Positions 29,888 to 40,318 are shown, numbered from the stretch's first letter. The stretch is DNA of 64,000 nt from an uncultured Gammaproteobacteria bacterium (GCA_964622665.1 CAZUUO010000001.1:6666-70665), one strand, 5' to 3'. Notes: generated by a model from the sequence alone, not told the origin. Translations and numbers: made by a program.

Positions 29888-32107
29888 TTATTTTATTTTA
29901 CTGTGGAGTGTTTCTATGAAAGCTTCAACTTTTTGTTTATAGGTTGGGTCTTTTTCAAGAACACTTGTTGCTGCACTAATACTCTCATCATATCGCCCCA
30001 CATTTGCTAATGCCATCGCCAATTGCAAACGTTGACTTGCAGTATCAATAAATTCTCCTGCATCATTAGGACGAGCAACTGCTTGTAACATCAGTACAAT
30101 TTCTTCATAATACCCATTTTTCTCAAAAATACCGATGAGATACTGAACCAATTCTTCGTTGGGTTGTATGGTGTAGCCCTCTCTTAGAGCAATAGATAAA
30201 TTTCTCGCTGCTTCTCCGCTATTTCCTACGGCATCTTGTGCAAGCCCTTGTAAAAAATACATGAGGGGCGGCGCACCAATTTTTTCCATATTTTTTCCAA
30301 TGAGTAATGCTTCATTTGGTTTTGCTAACGACAAGAGCATTCGTACCTCTGCAATATCAATCACATGACGGTCTGGTGACAATTCTCGTGCACGCGTAAA
30401 TAATGCTCGCGCTTTTTGTTCGTGACTTGCTTGATTTGCAGTATCAAACTCCGCAAGAAATCCTTCAACCTGTGCCAAACGTAAAGTTAAAGAAAAGAGA
30501 TGGGGGTTTTTTTCAAGTTCTTCTTGTAATCCCTTCTCTAAATTCTGTAATACTAACGAACGCACATCAGGACTCATGAGTCGTGCATTGTTTATCGTAT
30601 CATCGGCAATTGTTTTTAAGGTATCTCGATGGAAAATACTGTTTGATGAAAATAAATCTTTCACTTCATTTTCATACGTTGTTGAAAGTGCTCGGGCATC
30701 TAATCCACTTTGTACTACACCAGCTTTCTTCATTTCTTGTAGTGGCAATATTACCCCAAACAATATAAACCACACCGCAAAACCACCCAATACCACGGGA
30801 AAACTTGACTGTACCATGTTGGGGAGTCTTATTTCTTTTTCTAACGAGATAAGTACCGCAAGTCCCAGAAACACCGCAAATAAGATTGATGGCGTATCAA
30901 ACGTCAAACTTCCAAATGCAATGTATGCAACGATCAATGCAGCAACCGTACGAGCACTATATTTTTCATCACCCTTATACACACGAATTCTCCACAACAA
31001 TAAGCCGAGTGCTACCACAAAAAATAATAATCCAATAATTCCTTGGCTTGCCAAATATTCAAAGAAGATACTGTGTGGACGTTCTCCCCATGTTTCATAA
31101 AGTGATGCGTGTGCTCGCGCAATTAATCCCACCGGATAATGACGATCATACGCAACCTCATAATTTTCTGGTCCCCAACCAAGTAGAGGTTTTTCTAAAA
31201 ATGAGACGTACGCTGTTTTCCAAAAATAAATACGCGTGTCGATACCACTCACACTCAATAATTTTTGTGCCACACTATCAACGGTGCCAAAAAATTCGCG
31301 TTGAGCTACCACCCACAACGAACCAACCGTAAAAATAGCGACAAGTCCGACAGTTGCACCAACTTTTAGTAATTTAGATTTTTGTTCGTACAAGGCATAC
31401 CCAAAAAATGTCAGCACACCGGCGATCAACCCAATACCACCTGCACGTGTTTTAGCAACTAGCACCGTCACGACAACAAACATCGTCAACAATGTTGCCC
31501 ATATTTTTTTTGTTTTATTTTTTTCTTCCCACCACAACGGAATACCAGCTAATGCCGACATCATCACGTGTGCCCCAAAATAAGTTTCATTACCAAATAA
31601 ACCGATAAATCGTCCACTCAATCCAGGAACACCAACATGCACGTCAAATAATCCGTTATTAAATTGGATGAGCCACGCAACTATTGATGCGAACACCCCT
31701 GAATATAATAAGGTATACCACGCCAATTTTCGGTGCTCGGGATTTTTTCGTAAGTATGCCCCAAATACCACTGCACCACTTAATAATACGATCCAGGTAG
31801 TTGTACCACTTAACCGAAGTGCATCACCAAAAAAACTTTTAGCAACATCAACCCCAGTGAAACCTGAAATTAATCGAATTCCAATTATAGTGAGTACTCC
31901 CAATACTGTTGCAGTAATTGGTAACGATGACTTTTTTTGCAATGCTTTCATGCAACTGACTCCCACAACCATCGCAATCAATCCAAAAGCAATCAACCAT
32001 TTTCCGATATGATACGGAAAAATAGTTTGATATGTTACGATAGTAGGTAATATTGCCAATATCCCCAAAATAATTACGAGAATATTTTTTTCAAACCATT
32101 GTCTCAT
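29888..32107 (-). CDS. O-antigen ligase-like membrane protein with C-terminal TPR repeats (paralog 3 of 3)
   Basis: Same architecture with loop 'LLGWGPENYEVAYDRHYP...RAHASLYE'. It lies 3 nt from paralog 2 and overlaps the Ig-like gene by 4 nt. Confidence 0.6.
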   Translation of the reverse strand: MRQWFEKNILVIILGILAILPTIVTYQTIFPYHIGKWLIAFGLIAMVVGVSCMKALQKKSSLPITATVLGVLTIIGIRLISGFTGVDVAKSFFGDALRLSGTTTWIVLLSGAVVFGAYLRKNPEHRKLAWYTLLYSGVFASIVAWLIQFNNGLFDVHVGVPGLSGRFIGLFGNETYFGAHVMMSALAGIPLWWEEKNKTKKIWATLLTMFVVVTVLVAKTRAGGIGLIAGVLTFFGYALYEQKSKLLKVGATVGLVAIFTVGSLWVVAQREFFGTVDSVAQKLLSVSGIDTRIYFWKTAYVSFLEKPLLGWGPENYEVAYDRHYPVGLIARAHASLYETWGERPHSIFFEYLASQGIIGLLFFVVALGLLLWRIRVYKGDEKYSARTVAALIVAYIAFGSLTFDTPSILFAVFLGLAVLISLEKEIRLPNMVQSSFPVVLGGFAVWFILFGVILPLQEMKKAGVVQSGLDARALSTTYENEVKDLFSSNSIFHRDTLKTIADDTINNARLMSPDVRSLVLQNLEKGLQEELEKNPHLFSLTLRLAQVEGFLAEFDTANQASHEQKARALFTRARELSPDRHVIDIAEVRMLLSLAKPNEALLIGKNMEKIGAPPLMYFLQGLAQDAVGNSGEAARNLSIALREGYTIQPNEELVQYLIGIFEKNGYYEEIVLMLQAVARPNDAGEFIDTASQRLQLAMALANVGRYDESISAATSVLEKDPTYKQKVEAFIETLHSKIK

Positions 32108-33639
32108 ATAACAAGCGGAGAAACCGAGATTACTCCAATATCAATAATATCTACTCCGTCAATGCGCGCGGTTACCCAAGCGGTTCCCGCCACTTTCGTA
32201 CTAAACATAAACACCGCTTCCCCATTTTCATTTGTCACACTTTCTTTTGGAATTATCACATCGCCATTTCGGTTACTGCTCAGGGCAACTTTTGCATTTT
32301 GTATACGCGCACCAATTGCATTACGTGCGGTTACCGTTACCGTAACTTTTTCAATACCATCTGCTAAAATTGGAGAAATACTTGTTGCAATTGTTGAGCG
32401 TGTTGCACTTGCTGGCACATTACTTGTTACTGGTGGTTCAGCAAAATATACTTTCATAGTTCCAATCCACACACTGTTTGCGTACACATCCAGGTACGCA
32501 CTTCCCATTTGAGTTGAAGTAATAAATGCCGTTACGATACCACTTGAGTTGGTAATTTTTTGAGGAATAGAAATCACATCAACACCACCTCGATTTGATT
32601 TTACGTCTACCGTCACATCACGGAGCCGTGTGCTTGTGCCGTCTCCACTGATGACTTCTACCTGAATTTGTCCATTGGTCGCACCATCAGCGATGTACCC
32701 ACCAATTTGGCGAATACGGGAATCTTGTGGAGAAATTTTTGATCCATTTATTTTTTCAATGGTAATTACTTTTTCTTTTGCTACATTCCCTACGGTAATT
32801 GTAAATAATACATCATTAAAATTTCGCGTTACCACTTTTCCTCGGTATGTCCCAGGTGCAACGGCAAATTTTTGTTCGCCACCCACTTGTGTCATCAATA
32901 CGTTAGTAAAATCGAAATCCTTATACAAAGTTACTGAGGCTGCTGGTACCGGCATACCCGCTTCATCAATCACTCGTATAGTAAGTGGTTTTGTTAAAGC
33001 TGCGCAATTCATGGATGTACTCGCTACCGTGCAAGGAGTATTGCCCTGTAAACGTACGGTTGTCACGGTATTTTTTTGCACCAACACGCGTGATAATGCT
33101 GTGTTAGTTGTTACATTTCCAAAACCATCTGCAAATATCACCAATGCCTTTTCACCATTTTCTGAAAAATAGTATGTATTATTTATTTTTTTTGCCGCTT
33201 GTACGCCGCCAAATTCAACAACTGCATTATTAATTGGCAATTGTGATTCATCGTACACCGAAACTACGAGTGGGTATGCAAGGCGAAAGGGAGTATTAAT
33301 ATTTTTAGTACTTCCTACATCCAAAATACCTGTTTCTTGTGTCCCCCCAGTCACATATCCTCGTGCCCCAACCGTAAATGAGCATGAACGATCCTCAAAA
33401 TTTTTCCATGCGATTGTAGCAGTAAATTGTCCAGGTACTCCATTTGATTTTACACTTTCTACACTATCAACTGAACAATTACCCACTTCAATTTCAGGAA
33501 TGCGAGATGTTAATGGTTCATTAAATTCATCAACTACTGAAAAAGTTACCGTTGATACCGCCGCCGCCCTTGCCCCCAACGGCAGTGCTATATATAAAAC
33601 CCCCCCAGCAATAAGCCCTACAATATTGCGTAATTTCAT
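32104..33639 (-). CDS. secreted protein with repeated Ig-like/beta-sandwich domains
   Basis: Signal peptide ('LIAGGVLYIALPLGARAAA') then repetitive T/V/S/N/G-rich segments. It is transcriptionally linked to the three ligase-like genes. The Ig-like call is inferred from the compositional pattern. Confidence 0.5.
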   Translation of the reverse strand: MKLRNIVGLIAGGVLYIALPLGARAAAVSTVTFSVVDEFNEPLTSRIPEIEVGNCSVDSVESVKSNGVPGQFTATIAWKNFEDRSCSFTVGARGYVTGGTQETGILDVGSTKNINTPFRLAYPLVVSVYDESQLPINNAVVEFGGVQAAKKINNTYYFSENGEKALVIFADGFGNVTTNTALSRVLVQKNTVTTVRLQGNTPCTVASTSMNCAALTKPLTIRVIDEAGMPVPAASVTLYKDFDFTNVLMTQVGGEQKFAVAPGTYRGKVVTRNFNDVLFTITVGNVAKEKVITIEKINGSKISPQDSRIRQIGGYIADGATNGQIQVEVISGDGTSTRLRDVTVDVKSNRGGVDVISIPQKITNSSGIVTAFITSTQMGSAYLDVYANSVWIGTMKVYFAEPPVTSNVPASATRSTIATSISPILADGIEKVTVTVTARNAIGARIQNAKVALSSNRNGDVIIPKESVTNENGEAVFMFSTKVAGTAWVTARIDGVDIIDIGVISVSPLVI

Positions 33640-33759
33640 AACTGATAATCAATAATATATTGCTTTTAGTATCTCATATTTTCGTGATTATTTACAGTGG
33701 AGGGAAACCTATCACCTAAAACATAAAACCACCCTTTTGGGGTGGCCTTATTGAGTGTA

Positions 33760-34074
33760 TTACGCAGCAATTGAAACGATTTTCAATGCGGTAAATGGTT
33801 GGCGGTGACCAACAGTTCGACGATAGCGAACCTTGCGTTTGTATTTCACCACTGAAACCTTAGCAGCACGATCTTGTGCTTCTACCACTGCTTTAATTGT
33901 GACATTCACGCTTGGAGTACCTACTTTTACATCACTTCCATCATCATTACCAATAAGTAATGCTTCTTTCATGATAATTTCAGAACCAACTTCAGCAAGC
34001 ATTTTTTCTACTTTAACTGTTTGGCCTTCGCGTACAATGTATTGTTTTCCACCTGTTGTTATTACCGCAAACAT
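33760..34074 (-). CDS. rplU: 50S ribosomal protein L21
   Basis: Classic L21 N-terminus 'MFAVITTGGKQYIVREGQ' and 'KVSVVKYKRKVRYRRTVGHRQPFT'. Confidence 0.9.
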   Translation of the reverse strand: MFAVITTGGKQYIVREGQTVKVEKMLAEVGSEIIMKEALLIGNDDGSDVKVGTPSVNVTIKAVVEAQDRAAKVSVVKYKRKVRYRRTVGHRQPFTALKIVSIAA

Positions 34075-34149
34075 ATGTGCTAATATCCAGTATTTCGCTG
34101 GAAGTACGTTATTTTGTGGTCCTACTATATCGCATAGACCCCTCTGCTG

Positions 34150-35154
34150 TCAAGCCTTTTGTACCCTTTTTTCAACATAAACTATCATGATGAGTGATAG
34201 GACCAATAACACCCCCAAAAGTGCGTATTTTTGGGCGGAAGTTAATATTAAGGTCACCCCACTAATGAGGAGTGCTACCCCATAATATACCCAAACCGTC
34301 TTTTCATCCCCAAGGTAATTCCGCAATCGAAAGTGTAAATGGGTGTCATCCCCTTCCCACGGTTTTTTCCCATTTTTCAGTCTTTTGAGCACGACATACA
34401 AAAAATCTATGCTGGGTAATGCCAAAATTAAGCTTGCGGCGGCAAATTTGATTCCACCGAGTAATGCCAAGAGCGCCAACATAAACCCTGTCCACGTACT
34501 CCCGATATTGCCCAAAAATACCTGTGCCGGCTTATAATTCCATACCAAAAACCCCAGACAACTTGCACCAAATAATGCTGATAAGATGGCAATATTTTTA
34601 TCAAAATAGGGGGTTGCTAATGAAAACGCAGCAATACCAAACCCACCAATCGCACTAATTCCCGTCACCAATCCATCCAATCCATCCAATATCTTTGTCA
34701 CCATAGTCATCCCCACAAGCCACACAAATGACACAATACCACTGACCCAGAGTGATAATACTAGCATTCCACCAAAAGGATTTGAAATGACAATTTCTTT
34801 ATTGAGCCAAAGTACCACCCATAATGCCGCACCAATTACAGCTGCCAATTGTTTTCGTGATGAAATGTTGTATCTATCATCTTGATAACCCGAAATACCG
34901 AGCACCATTGTTGCCCCCACACAGGCTATAACATAGGACGCGGGAATTTCTAAACGCCCACTTATTACACAAAACCCAGAAACCACTAAAAAGGCGAATA
35001 TAATGCCAGCGCCTCCCAATAATGGTGTTGGGGTGGTATGTTTTTTTCGTGGTAGATTTGGTTTATCAACAATTCCGTACGCCCGCGCAAATGCAGTTAT
35101 TATTCGCGTACTTATCACTGCCAAGCAGAATGTTGTGAGTAACAATGACACCAT
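34150..35154 (-). CDS. glycosyltransferase family 4 polyprenyl-phosphate sugar-1-phosphate transferase (MraY/WecA family)
   Basis: 10-11 TM helices and the 'DKPNLPRKKHTTPTPLLGG' cytoplasmic-loop signature shared by MraY/WecA/TagO. Confidence 0.75.
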   Translation of the reverse strand: MVSLLLTTFCLAVISTRIITAFARAYGIVDKPNLPRKKHTTPTPLLGGAGIIFAFLVVSGFCVISGRLEIPASYVIACVGATMVLGISGYQDDRYNISSRKQLAAVIGAALWVVLWLNKEIVISNPFGGMLVLSLWVSGIVSFVWLVGMTMVTKILDGLDGLVTGISAIGGFGIAAFSLATPYFDKNIAILSALFGASCLGFLVWNYKPAQVFLGNIGSTWTGFMLALLALLGGIKFAAASLILALPSIDFLYVVLKRLKNGKKPWEGDDTHLHFRLRNYLGDEKTVWVYYGVALLISGVTLILTSAQKYALLGVLLVLSLIMIVYVEKRVQKA

Positions 35155-35161
35155 AGTACGC

Positions 35162-37834
35162 TTAGCGTACCGTTACTTTCTCCCCTTCGTCAATTTCTAT
35201 GGTTCCATTGCGTTGTACTTTTTGTGCCAATAAGAGGTCGGCTACTACTGTTTCAATAGTATCAGTAATTACTCGTCGCAGAGGTCGAGCACCAAACTCA
35301 GGGCTGTACCCTCTGTTTGCCAGTGATGTAACTTCAGCATCGGTAACCACCAAGGTAATTCCTTCTTTTTCTTTCAATTTTTCTGCAATCGATGACACCA
35401 ACATATGTGCAATTTCTTCGATATGCTCTCGTTGTAATGGTCTAAATACAATTACCCCATCAAAACGATTGAGTAACTCTGGTTTATAGACTCCCTGTAG
35501 TTCTTTTTGCATGAGTGCCGTCTTCATGTTTTCATGACTTTCTCCTCGCGCTACCGCATTTTGAATATACTGACTTCCTGCATTTGAGGTTGCAATTACC
35601 ATTACATTAGTACAATCAATCGTTTGTCCCACACTATCAGTAATTCTTCCATCATCCAACAACTGCAAAAATACATTGAGCACTCGCGCATCCGCTTTTT
35701 CAAACTCGTCGAGTAACAAAATAGCAAATGGTTTTTGTTTAATACTTTCTGTTAGTAATCCAGTGCCTTGTTTATTGGTTTCCCCCAATAATCGCGTAAT
35801 AGCATTCGCATCTTGAAATTCAGACATGTCAAACCGAATCATGCGGTCTTCCCCACCAAAATATGAACGCGCCAACATTTTAGTTGTTTCTGTTTTTCCT
35901 ACACCCGTTGGACCCAAGAATAAAAACGAAGCAATGGGACGATTGCCACTACGCATATTTGTGCGAGCACGACGCAACGCTGAACTCACCGCTTTTACTG
36001 CTTCATCTTGTCCCACCACACCTTTTTTCATGGTTTCTTCTAACGCCAATAACGTGTCTCGTTCATCCGTGTTAACACTTTGTACGGGAACATTTGCTTT
36101 TTGTGATGCAATAAAACCAACATCTTGATCGCGTACCAATTGTCCTTTTCCTCGCGTTGATGCAACACTAGCACACACCTCTTCAATTAAACGGATACAT
36201 TTTTCAGGTGCGGCCATATCATGAAATAATTTTCGCGATAAACTTACGGCTTGTGCAATCGCTTGATAGGTGACGTACACTCCATGACGATTTTCAATTA
36301 TGGCTGTTTTTGATTCCACCGCTTGAATACAACCTCCTTCATCTAATTCATTGAGTTGCACTCGTGTTAATAAACTACCCAATCGGGTACGCGCAACGGT
36401 TGTTTTATACGCACCTTCACTACAAGTTCCCAACAACATGATTCCTGTTTTCTCAATTACTTCTGCCAATGTTTCACTTAAATCTTGGCCTCCACCACCA
36501 CCTGCTTTAATACCTATCAAACCATCAATATCTTCAAACACTAACGCCACATTTCCCGAACGAGAAGCTTCGCCGATTATTTGCATGAGTCGCACATAAT
36601 ACATGGAAGGGTTTTCACCACTGACAATAAATGCAATGGGCACCACAATGATACGTTTGTTAGCAAGCGCTTTTGATGCCGTTGCACCTGCAATTTTTTG
36701 TGCGATCATTTCAATGAGTGCCATTTTACCCACCCCTCTATCTCCCGTAATTAAAACACCACGTGCTCCACTATCAAAGGCACGCATCACTCCTTCTATT
36801 TCGCTTTCCCGTTGTACAACTGGTAACAATCTTCCCGCAACGGCTAATTTTATTAAATCTTTCCCCACACTATTTAATAACGGTGTTGCCAATCCCGTCA
36901 TCGCTTCGCCAGCATCACTGAGTGAGTGGAGTGCTGCCTTTTGCCAATATGCGCGATAGGAACTTGATAACATGCGCGTAAATCTCATCCATGCCACTCC
37001 ATGTTCTCGCATCGTTTGTGTGATGCCGACATGTTCTAAAATTTGAGCAACATACTCATTATGCATCATGGCACTTTCAGCGATATGTGACACTCGCACC
37101 AATTCTTCACCTTGTTGTGATGCTAAAATGTACGCATGTGCTAATGTTTCGTAAAATCTCGATTCAGCAATATTTTCTTTCGTTGCACTACTGACCGTTG
37201 CAATACTTTGTATGAGCGTGTCTTGTAATTGCTTGGGAGGTAACTCAAATCGAATACACAATTCCTTCAATTCTTTTTCATCAAGTAACCGAATAAAGAG
37301 ATGTTGTTCGTTGGTATGTTCTTTTCTTTTGTTTGCAAGTAAGATTGCATCTTCAACTACTTTTTTTGCGCGTTGGTCAAAACTATACGCAATATTATGA
37401 TACGCACCGCCATGAAATTTTCGCGCAACCTCCCACGTCATTCCTGATTCTATATTTTGTAGTGTTACCCCTTTTTTAACCGGCAACACATTACTTCCTT
37501 CACGACGCAGCGACGCAATTGCTATCCACATTAATATTCCCGCACCCGTTAGTGATAGGTAGTGAGATTCCTGCAGCACCTCTTGTTGCAAAAATACCTG
37601 CACCGCCACTAACCCTACTAACAATCCCGCTAACAAAAAAAATATAACATTTTTAGTAATGAGTAATACCCGAGCCATTCTTCGTGCGCGGATTTCATCA
37701 ACCCGTAACCCTTCTTGCCATGCAAAAAAATGAGGGCCGTTTACAAATCCCATATATGCACCGCGACATTGCGCGCGAATTTCGTGATCATTCTTTCCAT
37801 CACAGATCAGTAGTGGAATATTAGGCAGCGACAT
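35162..37834 (-). CDS. Hsp100/Clp-family double-AAA+ ATPase with N-terminal transmembrane segments and a degenerate D1 Walker A
   Basis: D2 has Walker A 'GPTGVGKTE', Walker B 'ILLLDEFEKA' and sensor-2 'GARPLRRVI'. D1 has 'GDRGVGKMA' (Met at the Ser/Thr position) and 'LVFEDIDGL'. Two hydrophobic helices occupy about aa 55-110. Confidence 0.75.
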   Translation of the reverse strand: MSLPNIPLLICDGKNDHEIRAQCRGAYMGFVNGPHFFAWQEGLRVDEIRARRMARVLLITKNVIFFLLAGLLVGLVAVQVFLQQEVLQESHYLSLTGAGILMWIAIASLRREGSNVLPVKKGVTLQNIESGMTWEVARKFHGGAYHNIAYSFDQRAKKVVEDAILLANKRKEHTNEQHLFIRLLDEKELKELCIRFELPPKQLQDTLIQSIATVSSATKENIAESRFYETLAHAYILASQQGEELVRVSHIAESAMMHNEYVAQILEHVGITQTMREHGVAWMRFTRMLSSSYRAYWQKAALHSLSDAGEAMTGLATPLLNSVGKDLIKLAVAGRLLPVVQRESEIEGVMRAFDSGARGVLITGDRGVGKMALIEMIAQKIAGATASKALANKRIIVVPIAFIVSGENPSMYYVRLMQIIGEASRSGNVALVFEDIDGLIGIKAGGGGGQDLSETLAEVIEKTGIMLLGTCSEGAYKTTVARTRLGSLLTRVQLNELDEGGCIQAVESKTAIIENRHGVYVTYQAIAQAVSLSRKLFHDMAAPEKCIRLIEEVCASVASTRGKGQLVRDQDVGFIASQKANVPVQSVNTDERDTLLALEETMKKGVVGQDEAVKAVSSALRRARTNMRSGNRPIASFLFLGPTGVGKTETTKMLARSYFGGEDRMIRFDMSEFQDANAITRLLGETNKQGTGLLTESIKQKPFAILLLDEFEKADARVLNVFLQLLDDGRITDSVGQTIDCTNVMVIATSNAGSQYIQNAVARGESHENMKTALMQKELQGVYKPELLNRFDGVIVFRPLQREHIEEIAHMLVSSIAEKLKEKEGITLVVTDAEVTSLANRGYSPEFGARPLRRVITDTIETVVADLLLAQKVQRNGTIEIDEGEKVTVR

Positions 37835-38186
37835 ATGCAGAAAGATTCATTACAAAATATCCTAATAAAAATAAGGGAACGGTGATGTACGCAACAAATC
37901 CAATCAATATGCATACTGTACCAAGTATGGCACCAATACTACGTACTACTACTTGAAATAATCGCATGAAAAAACTGATGATGCGTCCTTGCCAATCATA
38001 CTGTTGAAACATGGGTGTAAAAATATGACGCGTCCACATCCACACACCCATCGCACGCCACACACCAACCACCATCGCAACAACCGTGTTGTACGCGCTT
38101 GCCAAACCACGACCATACCACCACAACGGCGCAATGATAGTGTCCAGTAGTGTTACTCGTATTGCATTTTTTACATATGCTACCAT
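37821..38186 (-). CDS. small membrane protein (121 aa) upstream of and overlapping the Clp-like gene
   Basis: Three predicted TM helices. It overlaps the Clp-like ORF by 14 nt. Confidence 0.35.
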   Translation of the reverse strand: MVAYVKNAIRVTLLDTIIAPLWWYGRGLASAYNTVVAMVVGVWRAMGVWMWTRHIFTPMFQQYDWQGRIISFFMRLFQVVVRSIGAILGTVCILIGFVAYITVPLFLLGYFVMNLSAYVAA

Positions 38187-38294
38187 ATAGCATTAGTATA
38201 CCACACTCTTTATTTTCCTGAATGTTGAAAAATAAAAAAACCGCACCAACTTTCTACTGACGTATCAGTATAATTGATGCGGAACGATGTTTTA

Positions 38295-38981
38295 CTAACT
38301 CTGTGTTACTGATTGCTCTTCTAAATCATACACAAGGAAATGAGCGTGGCGCTCCCATTCAGTGTCCCACCGCTCGACATTGAGATGGCGGCCCTGACTA
38401 CGATTCAGGCACAGCACATAGAAACTCCAATTGGCATTAAGCGCGACAACTGCAACTATATTTTGGATATCGGGATACCTTGCTCCAAAAGCTAGGATTT
38501 GTCCTGTGTATGCAGGCCAGAAACCCCTACGGATAATTTCATCGATTGCTTCCTGTGTTGAAATTCGCCGATGAAAACCAATAAGTCGAAGTTTAAAATC
38601 ACCACGAGGACCCACGTAGTTACGGTTATCAGCAAAGGCATATGCATCGACCATATCACTTACCCAGTGGTAATCACCTGACGTAACCAACTGATCAAAA
38701 GTTTGATCATTACCGACCGTGACAGGATATACCGCTTGTTCTGCTGATAGGACGAGTTTATGTTCACTGGATTCAGCTTTGGATAGTTCCAAGATTAGTT
38801 CAGCAATCCGTTTTTGATTTTCTGTTTGTGAAATAACTTTTTCCGCTTCTACCTTAGATAGACCCTCAATATTAAGGAGTGTTGAGATTTCCATATTTGC
38901 CTCACCGGAAATCCAGAATCCACAAAAACCTCTCTTCATAGGAACCTCCTTTAGGTCCATGGTGCTGAATGAAAATTCCAT
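38295..38981 (-). CDS. hypothetical protein (228 aa)
   Basis: Intact ORF whose real start may be internal (MKRGF... or MEIST...). A bidirectional terminator lies at about 39080-39112. Confidence 0.3.
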   Translation of the reverse strand: MEFSFSTMDLKEVPMKRGFCGFWISGEANMEISTLLNIEGLSKVEAEKVISQTENQKRIAELILELSKAESSEHKLVLSAEQAVYPVTVGNDQTFDQLVTSGDYHWVSDMVDAYAFADNRNYVGPRGDFKLRLIGFHRRISTQEAIDEIIRRGFWPAYTGQILAFGARYPDIQNIVAVVALNANWSFYVLCLNRSQGRHLNVERWDTEWERHAHFLVYDLEEQSVTQS

Positions 38982-39112
38982 TCAGTAGTGGGATTATGCG
39001 TAAAAATATCGATTTTGTCAATAAAAATATGTCACACTACTTTTATTACCAGATTGCCACTTTCCCACACAAGCAACAAACAACAGAACAAAAAACCGGT
39101 GGTTAGCCGGTT

Positions 39113-39436
39113 TTACTTTAATGCGACGTAATCTTCTGAATTAACTTTGATGTATTCTACTTTTCCTTCAAGGGTTAATCCGAGCTGTGCAATTTTTTCA
39201 CTAATGACCGTGCTTGCTTGTAGTTGTGCAATATCACGCTCAATTTTTCTATTTTGTTTTTCTAAATTTTGCACCATTTCTTGCACATCCTGTAATGCAA
39301 ATCCTTTTACCGTGAGTGCATTCACTTGAAATACATATAACAATACCACCACAATACCAACTCCAAACACTGCCCCATTGCGTAGGTACACTGTTTTTAA
39401 TGAAACGGTTCGTGTGGTAGCAATATGTCCCTCCAT
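39113..39436 (-). CDS. FtsL-like septum-formation initiator (single-TM coiled-coil protein)
   Basis: 107 aa with one TM ('AVFGVGIVVVLLYVF') and a coiled-coil ('QEMVQNLEKQNRKIERDIAQLQ'). Its position directly after rsmH is as in dcw clusters. Confidence 0.5.
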   Translation of the reverse strand: MEGHIATTRTVSLKTVYLRNGAVFGVGIVVVLLYVFQVNALTVKGFALQDVQEMVQNLEKQNRKIERDIAQLQASTVISEKIAQLGLTLEGKVEYIKVNSEDYVALK

Positions 39437-39448
39437 ATAGTACGTCTA

Positions 39449-40318
39449 TTACTTCTTTTGTGCGACGCGCAATTTTGCACTGCGTGATCGCGGATTTTGT
39501 TTAATTTCTTCGTCACTGGGAGATAACGGTTTTGGTGTTATTACTTCCAATGATTCGTTGCGAGCAAATTGCAATTTTACAATTTTATCTTCTAACGAGT
39601 GAAACGTGAGAATAGCGATGCGTCCTCCTGGTTTAAGCAGTGACACCATTTTAGGAATTGCTTCCTTTAAATTATCCAGTTCATCATTCACAGCAATGCG
39701 CAACGCTTGAAATACGCGTGTTGCTGGATGAATGGTACCTCGAGGCACATGTGACATTTCTTTTTCAATGATTGCCACCAACTCACTCACTCTTGTGATA
39801 CGTTTTTTACGACGATGTTCTACAATAGCGTGGGCAATTTTTCTCCAGTATCGTTCACCACCCAATTGTCGAAATATTTGTCCCAATGATGATTCCTTTT
39901 CTTTATCAAGAATGTCAGCTGCAGTTACCTCCAATGAATCATTAAGACGCATGTCGAGCGGACCATCTTTCATGAATGATAATCCTTGTTCATCATTCAA
40001 TTGTGATGACGACCATCCCAAGTCGAGCAAAATCGCATCCACACTTTCAACATCTTTCGGTAATATCGTATCAATATACTTGAAATTACCAGGCAAAATG
40101 GTGAGAGAGTGTTTGTATTTTTTCAATCGTTCCTCTGCGCGTTTTCGTGATTCTTTATTTTGGTCGATTCCATAGACATGACCCAATGGTGCAACTTTTT
40201 GCAAAAAAAGTTCGGTGTGTCCCCCATCTCCGAGTGTTCCATCAATAACAACAGCTGAATCATCAATGTTCAATAGTTCTAGAATTTCTTTACTCATGAT
40301 CGGTACGTGGTAGGTCAT
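39449..40318 (-). CDS. rsmH: 16S rRNA (cytosine1402-N4)-methyltransferase RsmH (MraW)
   Basis: 'VVIDGTLGDGGHTELFL' and 'DLGWSSSQL' signatures. It overlaps mraZ by 4 nt. Confidence 0.9.
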   Translation of the reverse strand: MTYHVPIMSKEILELLNIDDSAVVIDGTLGDGGHTELFLQKVAPLGHVYGIDQNKESRKRAEERLKKYKHSLTILPGNFKYIDTILPKDVESVDAILLDLGWSSSQLNDEQGLSFMKDGPLDMRLNDSLEVTAADILDKEKESSLGQIFRQLGGERYWRKIAHAIVEHRRKKRITRVSELVAIIEKEMSHVPRGTIHPATRVFQALRIAVNDELDNLKEAIPKMVSLLKPGGRIAILTFHSLEDKIVKLQFARNESLEVITPKPLSPSDEEIKQNPRSRSAKLRVAQKK

